Assembly: GCF_003334815.1 (NCBI RefSeq)
Contig: NZ_QOWO01000057.1
Direction: 5' to 3' (one strand)
Source: Escherichia coli
Lineage (GTDB): Bacteria > Pseudomonadota > Gammaproteobacteria > Enterobacterales > Enterobacteriaceae
DNA: 13,444 bases
Within the stretch, counting starts at the first letter, position 1, and each line of letters begins with the position of its first letter. Below are positions 6,063 to 13,444 of the stretch, piece after piece. The position numbers were made by a program, and so were the translations under genes. The notes beneath the pieces were generated by a model. The model was not told where the DNA came from. It ran no database searches and worked only from the letters and a program-made list of their open reading frames with translations.

Positions 6063-7253
6063 GGGAAACACTCCCCATGAAGTGACCACTTGCAGCTTAA
6101 ATAATTGTACTGTGCTGATAAGCGCAGCAATAAACAACGCCGCCGCGCCGCAGAGAGTGGCGCCGGCAAGCGCCGATGTTCCATTGCCGAGCATACTGGT
6201 CAGCGCCGGGCCGAGGATTTGTCCAATGCCGTAAATGAGCGTCACAAAGCCTAAAAGATTGAGATTTCCCGGTACGCTCAGTTGGCGGGCGATAGTCATC
6301 ACCAGAGATGTCGTGCCCATAAAGGTACCGCCAAAACCAAGACTGCTGATGATAAGCAAGAGAGGCGAGTCGCTGGCGAGAGTAAGCAGCACACAGATAG
6401 CCTGCACCAGCAAATTCGCCGTCAGGCAGGGCAAAGCCCCCCAACGTTTTGCTGCCCATAGCCAGCCAAAGCAACCAGGCACAATTGATAAGCCGACTAA
6501 CGTCCAGAGATGGGCGGTTAACAATGGTGAGCCTGCATCTTTCGCCATGAGCGGCAGGTAAGTCGCGACGATGATATAACCAAATCCCGCCAGGCCGTAC
6601 AGAATAGCCAGTAACCACCAGCTCATTATCTGTTGCTCCGTTTTTGCCAATGGCATTGGTGTGATGGCGTGTTTTTTCGAGGGCATTAAAAGCGTAAGTG
6701 CAATCAGCATCATGCCAGAAAGCGCCCCGGCGCCTTGCCATAACGTTTGCGAGGAGAGGTCAAAATGCAGGCCTGCCAGAACATATTCATTGCCCAGTGC
6801 GATGCCAATGCCAACGCCAGAAAACAAAGCTGCCAGCACAAAAGGATGGCGCGTGTGCTGCATAATCAGCGTCGAACCAAAAATCAGCATACCGGCGCTG
6901 GCGACACCCGCCAGGACGCGAATCAATAACACCAGAATAAATGGCAGCAACCATGCCATTGCGAGGATCAACAACCCGCTCGCCAGGGCAGAAGCCAACA
7001 GAAATGGGCGCAGGCGCGATGGCTGGTGAAATGCGCCAAACGAAAATAGCAGACTGCCAGCCAGATACCCCGCATAGTTGCCGCTGGCAATCCACGAGAG
7101 CTGGCTAAATGAAAACGATCCTTCCGCCATCATGACGGGCAACATAGGCGTATAAAGGAAGCGGCCTAAACCCATACCTAAGGTCAGAACCAGCATCCCG
7201 AAAAGCGCGGTGCTGAAAGAAAAGCGTTCTACGGGATGCGAGGGCGAAGGCAT
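6030..7253 (-). CDS. yjiJ: YjiJ, YbfB/YjiJ-type MFS-like membrane protein, with a 15-residue C-terminal extension (407 aa here)
   Basis: A 12-TM-like hydrophobic ORF that I recognise as YjiJ. AAGG lies 6 nt upstream of ATG 7253. The K-12 protein as I recall it is 392 aa and ends ...FKLQVVTS. Here a TGG codon (6077-6075) follows Ser392, and the frame continues [15 protein letters not shown] to 6030. Confidence 0.9.
   Translation of the reverse strand: MPSPSHPVERFSFSTALFGMLVLTLGMGLGRFLYTPMLPVMMAEGSFSFSQLSWIASGNYAGYLAGSLLFSFGAFHQPSRLRPFLLASALASGLLILAMAWLLPFILVLLIRVLAGVASAGMLIFGSTLIMQHTRHPFVLAALFSGVGIGIALGNEYVLAGLHFDLSSQTLWQGAGALSGMMLIALTLLMPSKKHAITPMPLAKTEQQIMSWWLLAILYGLAGFGYIIVATYLPLMAKDAGSPLLTAHLWTLVGLSIVPGCFGWLWAAKRWGALPCLTANLLVQAICVLLTLASDSPLLLIISSLGFGGTFMGTTSLVMTIARQLSVPGNLNLLGFVTLIYGIGQILGPALTSMLGNGTSALAGATLCGAAALFIAALISTVQLFKLQVVTSWGVFPLPLKKFDRNR
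6615..6622 (-). other. Chi site (5'-GCTGGTGG-3' on the minus strand)
   Basis: Exact octamer; the plus strand reads CCACCAGC. It lies inside yjiJ. Confidence 0.9.
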
Positions 7254-7320
7254 GTTTAACCTTGTTTGTCATTTTTGTTGTTAACAAGTTAATAACAAAA
7301 AGGTGAAACATGCCAGCCTG

Positions 7321-10428
<3,108 letters not shown>

Positions 10429-10543
10429 GATTTTCCTTCCCCGTACCACGGGAGATAATGAAAAGAGGCCACATTATTACCATTCTTTTAGTGTGGTTTA
10501 TTTGATCTCTCTCGCGGTTAGCCACTTAGTTTTTCATGGATTT

Positions 10544-11824
10544 CTAAAAATTGCTGAGGGGGAATAAGGCCGGGAGCTGCGACAGCAAATACAAAATTAG
10601 CCCAATACAACCGCCGACCAGCGTACCGTTGACACGGATAAACTGCAGATCTTTGCCGATATTTAACTCTATTTGCCGCGACATATCCCGCGCATCCCAG
10701 CTTTTTACCGTATCGCTGATGTGGCGCGTCAGGAATGCGGAAAACTCAGGCGCGACGCGGTGCGCGGCTTGTTCCAGGTGACCATTTAACGACGCCCGCA
10801 AGGCATCATCGGCAATTAACGTTTCGCCAAACCATTGACCCGCCCGCGCGATACGTTCTTTCACACGAGAATCTTCACTGTCGATATCCGCTTTCAGCCA
10901 TTCCCGTAAATCCCCCCACAATTCACTGAGATAGCGGTTAAAAGCTTCATCTTCTTTCAGATAACTTTTTACGGCATCGGCTCGCGCTGCCATTTCCGGA
11001 TCGTTTTTCAACTTGTCGATCAGGGCAAAAGTGGCGCGATCAAACGCATGGCGGATCTGATGTACACGATCGCGGCTGATATCATCAAGCAAAGAATTCA
11101 CCGCGTCAGAAACCAACTCCGCGCTATGTTCGCCCAGCCATTCAGTAGGCAAAATTTTGGCTTTCAGCGGATGCTCGCTCTCCAGCCAGCGAACAATTTG
11201 CTGGGCAATAAACTTGCGCGATTTATCGCGCTGGAGAAGAGCAATCAACTGCGCGATCAGCGTATCCAGCAGCACCTGATGACGATCGTTTTTGGTCATA
11301 CTCTCCAGCATCAACGCACTGGTGCCGGAAAGATCGATCTTATCAATCGCCCGATGGACTGCGCGCTTAAGCAGGCGCTGAATACGCGCATCATCGGTCA
11401 GTTCAAGAAAACCACTCATGATCTGCAACAGATGCTGACCAACGCGGCGGGCGTTTTCTGGCTGACTAAACCAGTTGCCAATCAACAACACCGGTTCGTG
11501 ACGTCGAATCAATGCCACCAGCGATTGGGTATCGAGAAATTTTTCCTGCACGAACTGACCGAGATTTTCGCCAATCCGGTCTTTATTACGCGGGATAATC
11601 GCCGTATGACGAGAAATGATCGGAATCGGCACGCGGCGAAACAGCGCCACCACCGCAAACCAGTCTGCCAGCGCGCCGACCATCGCCGCTTCAGCAATCG
11701 CCTTCACTCCGCTCACCCAAAAATTGGGTGGCAAAAACAGCGTAACGACAAAGGTAGCAGCGGCGATAAGCAGTAAAGAGAGCGCCAACATTTTGGCGCG
11801 TCTGAGTTCAATGAGTTTATTCAT
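10544..11824 (-). CDS. yjiN: YjiN, DUF445-family inner-membrane protein (426 aa)
   Basis: Full-length ORF that I recognise as YjiN. It has N-terminal ([19 protein letters not shown]) and C-terminal ([16 protein letters not shown]) hydrophobic helices flanking a long helical soluble region. Confidence 0.92.
   Translation of the reverse strand: MNKLIELRRAKMLALSLLLIAAATFVVTLFLPPNFWVSGVKAIAEAAMVGALADWFAVVALFRRVPIPIISRHTAIIPRNKDRIGENLGQFVQEKFLDTQSLVALIRRHEPVLLIGNWFSQPENARRVGQHLLQIMSGFLELTDDARIQRLLKRAVHRAIDKIDLSGTSALMLESMTKNDRHQVLLDTLIAQLIALLQRDKSRKFIAQQIVRWLESEHPLKAKILPTEWLGEHSAELVSDAVNSLLDDISRDRVHQIRHAFDRATFALIDKLKNDPEMAARADAVKSYLKEDEAFNRYLSELWGDLREWLKADIDSEDSRVKERIARAGQWFGETLIADDALRASLNGHLEQAAHRVAPEFSAFLTRHISDTVKSWDARDMSRQIELNIGKDLQFIRVNGTLVGGCIGLILYLLSQLPALFPLSNF
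11515..11522 (-). other. Chi site (5'-GCTGGTGG-3' on the minus strand)
   Basis: Exact octamer; the plus strand reads CCACCAGC. It lies inside yjiN. Confidence 0.9.
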
Positions 11825-11864
11825 AATGTTAAGAATAGAGCCTGACGGCAGGATCGCGCAAAAA

Positions 11865-13097
11865 TCACCGCTCCTCCGCCAGCTCGGCAGCCTGATGTTG
11901 GCGCACGCGATTAAGCAATCCCGCCAGGGTGAAAACGACGATAAGGCCCGCCACGACGGCTAACAGATGAAACGGCAAGCGACCGCCGTTAAACCACAGC
12001 CAGCGGCCGATTTCGACCGAGACAGACATCACCATCAGGATCACCATATTCAGCGATGCGGAGACGGTCCCTTTCGGTAAGTTATTGGAAAACAGCGTAA
12101 AGCGGAATAAGGTCGGGATAATCAAACCAATCCCGAAAGCATACAGACTGGTGCCCAGCACCGACCACAGCCAGACGTGCGGTGACAGCAGATTGCCGAT
12201 AATCAACAGCGCGAGGCCAACCAGTTGAATGGGTACGGCACGCCAGATAAAGCGCGGTTCGGTCGGATCTTTAACGAAACGCGCCACGATGGCATTCGCG
12301 ACAATCACCGCGCCGAATACCGGAACCTGTGTCCAGGCGAACTGCGAGGTCGTTAAGCCGCCTGCGTCAATCAGGATCACCGGCGAGACAGCCACCCAGC
12401 TCATCATTGGGATATAGCTTAAAGAGATGGTTGCTGCACCAAAGAGGAACAGCCGATTGCAAAAGACATTACGAAAATCGCGCAAGACGCTTTTGGCGCT
12501 AAATGAAACCGCGCCGCGCTTCACCGTCTCTGGCATCGCCAGCAGTAAGCCAACAAATGAGATAAAACCCATAATCGCAATGATGGCAAAAAGGACTTTC
12601 CAGTGTACAAAGTGCATCAGAGCTGCGCCGGAAAGCGGGCCGATAATCGGCGCAATCAGTACGATGGAGGTGATAATCGCCATCAACCTGATCCCTTTTG
12701 TCTGGCCGAACGCCTCCTGCACCGTGACATAACCAACGGTGGCAATAAAACAGATACTGGTGCCCTGAATTGCACGCGCGATAAGAAACTGTGTCATAGA
12801 CGTTGTGAACATTGTCGCAGCGCAGGCAAGGGTAAATATTAGCGCCCCGGTAATCAGCACCGGCCTGCGGCCAATCCTGTCGGAAAGCGGCCCCAGCAGC
12901 CACTGTAACGCCATACCGCCCGCGAGATAGAGACTGACGGCTGCCGGGGCCAGACTGACATCGGCATTAAAATCACGGACCACATTAATGATCCCCGGCT
13001 GAATCAGGTCCGTCGACAGGTACGCGGCAAAATCATACAAAATCAACGCCATCGGGAAAAACAGCGTGGCGGCATGGCGGGCAAAAAAACGTGGCAT
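11865..13097 (-). CDS. mdtM: MdtM, MFS (DHA1) multidrug / cation:proton antiporter, 410 aa
   Basis: I recognise the ORF as MdtM (YjiO). It carries MFS motif A ([13 protein letters not shown]) and antiporter motif C ([12 protein letters not shown]). I place the start at ATG 13097 ([14 protein letters not shown]...; GGAG about 10 nt upstream; gives the 410-aa K-12 length I recall), not at the ORF-track start 13196. Confidence 0.95.
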   Translation of the reverse strand: MPRFFARHAATLFFPMALILYDFAAYLSTDLIQPGIINVVRDFNADVSLAPAAVSLYLAGGMALQWLLGPLSDRIGRRPVLITGALIFTLACAATMFTTSMTQFLIARAIQGTSICFIATVGYVTVQEAFGQTKGIRLMAIITSIVLIAPIIGPLSGAALMHFVHWKVLFAIIAIMGFISFVGLLLAMPETVKRGAVSFSAKSVLRDFRNVFCNRLFLFGAATISLSYIPMMSWVAVSPVILIDAGGLTTSQFAWTQVPVFGAVIVANAIVARFVKDPTEPRFIWRAVPIQLVGLALLIIGNLLSPHVWLWSVLGTSLYAFGIGLIIPTLFRFTLFSNNLPKGTVSASLNMVILMVMSVSVEIGRWLWFNGGRLPFHLLAVVAGLIVVFTLAGLLNRVRQHQAAELAEER

Positions 13098-13367
13098 AAC
13101 AAACAACTCCTTGTCCGGAGAACCCCAACGGGCAAAACGAAATTCAATACCGTCGGTAATGACGAAAGGCAGGCGAGAAGGGCAACGAGACTGCAAATGT
13201 ACTGAATTTCATGTAATCAACCACACTGCCTGTGAACACACCGACAGAGAAATACCTTCTGACTCCAGGTCAGAATGTATAACGATTACAAATAGTCATC
13301 AGCACATTACACCTCTTTAATTGATGGCTTGCATAGAAAATATACACCTTAAGTGTAATTAAAATTT

Positions 13368-13444
13368 GGTAATGCTGCCAACTTACTGATTTAGTGTATG
13401 ATGGTGATTTTAAGGTGCTTGCGTGGCTTCCATTTCCATCAGAT
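13368..13444 (+). mobile_element. Terminus of a divergent IS1 isoform (IRL-proximal 77 nt); the rest of the element lies off the right edge of the window
   Basis: It reads GGTAATGCTGCCAACTTACTGATTTAGTGTATGATGGTGATTTTAAGGTGCTTGCGTGGCTTCCATTTCCATCAGAT, an IS1 IRL-type terminus. A hand alignment gives 66/77 identity, ungapped, to the reverse complement of 1-77. Confidence 0.9.
13423..13444 (+). CDS. insA: insA of the divergent IS1 copy, first 7 codons only (partial)
   Basis: GTG 13423 opens GTG GCT TCC ATT TCC ATC AGA = MASISIR, the InsA N-terminus I associate with the IS1F-type isoform. Confidence 0.75.

Noticed and set aside
7272-7301. An AT-only inverted repeat (TTTTTGTT ... AACAAAAA, with an internal TTGTTAACAA palindrome) between yjiK and yjiJ, considered as an intrinsic terminator
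   Set aside because: The stem has no G-C-rich core and a long loop, so the predicted stability is poor. It is more likely just AT-rich spacer or promoter DNA for yjiJ.
11048-11776. A 242-codon ORF on the plus strand, the longest ORF in the track not assigned to a gene
   Set aside because: It lies entirely antisense to yjiN. Its translation is Arg/Gln/His-rich and low-complexity, as expected for the reverse frame of a GC-rich gene, and it has no recognisable SD or family resemblance. The same reasoning applies to 4822-5298 (antisense to yjiH), 6097-6741 (alternative frame of yjiJ), 3207-3545 and 3502-3810 (inside iadA), 9370-9702 and 10045-10410 (antisense to yjiM), and 12427-12903 (inside mdtM).
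13098-13196. N-terminal extensions offered by the ORF track (mdtM +33 codons; also yjiK +37 at 8182-8292, yjiM +7, yjiH +4, iraD +3, yjiL +2)
   Set aside because: In each case the internal start has a better-spaced Shine-Dalgarno and reproduces the K-12 protein length I recall. The yjiK extension would also overlap the coupled 85-codon ORF.

Overview
This is chromosomal DNA of the Escherichia coli/Shigella type. From the translated ORFs I recognise the K-12 '98-min' gene string yjiC, (ytiC, ytiD, idlP), iraD, hypT(yjiE), iadA, yjiG, yjiH, kptA, yjiJ, yjiK, yjiL, yjiM, yjiN, mdtM, in K-12 order and orientation. Two IS1 termini bracket the 13.3-kb block: 1-77 (canonical IS1, body off the left edge) and 13368-13444 (divergent IS1F-like isoform, body off the right edge). 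Both present their IRL/insA end to the block, so the two copies are inverted. The left copy sits in the last codons of yjiC. I saw no tRNA, rRNA, CRISPR array, integrase, or recognisable defence or toxin genes. Four things deserve a second look. (i) An 85-codon ORF (8246-8503) that is not in the gene list I know for this locus. It is ATGA-coupled to yjiL and carries a DUF3343 / Se-S-carrier-like signature. Together with YjiL (HgdC/BcrAD-type ATP-driven Fe-S electron activator) and YjiM (a single Cys-rich HGD-D-type subunit) it looks like an uncharacterised three-part reductive module. (ii) The inverted IS1 bracket. (iii) Apparent loss of the yjiJ stop codon, giving a 15-codon tail that overlaps kptA. 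(iv) The densely overlapped small-ORF leader upstream of iraD. All identifications rest on memory of protein families and manual reading of the sequence; no database search was possible.
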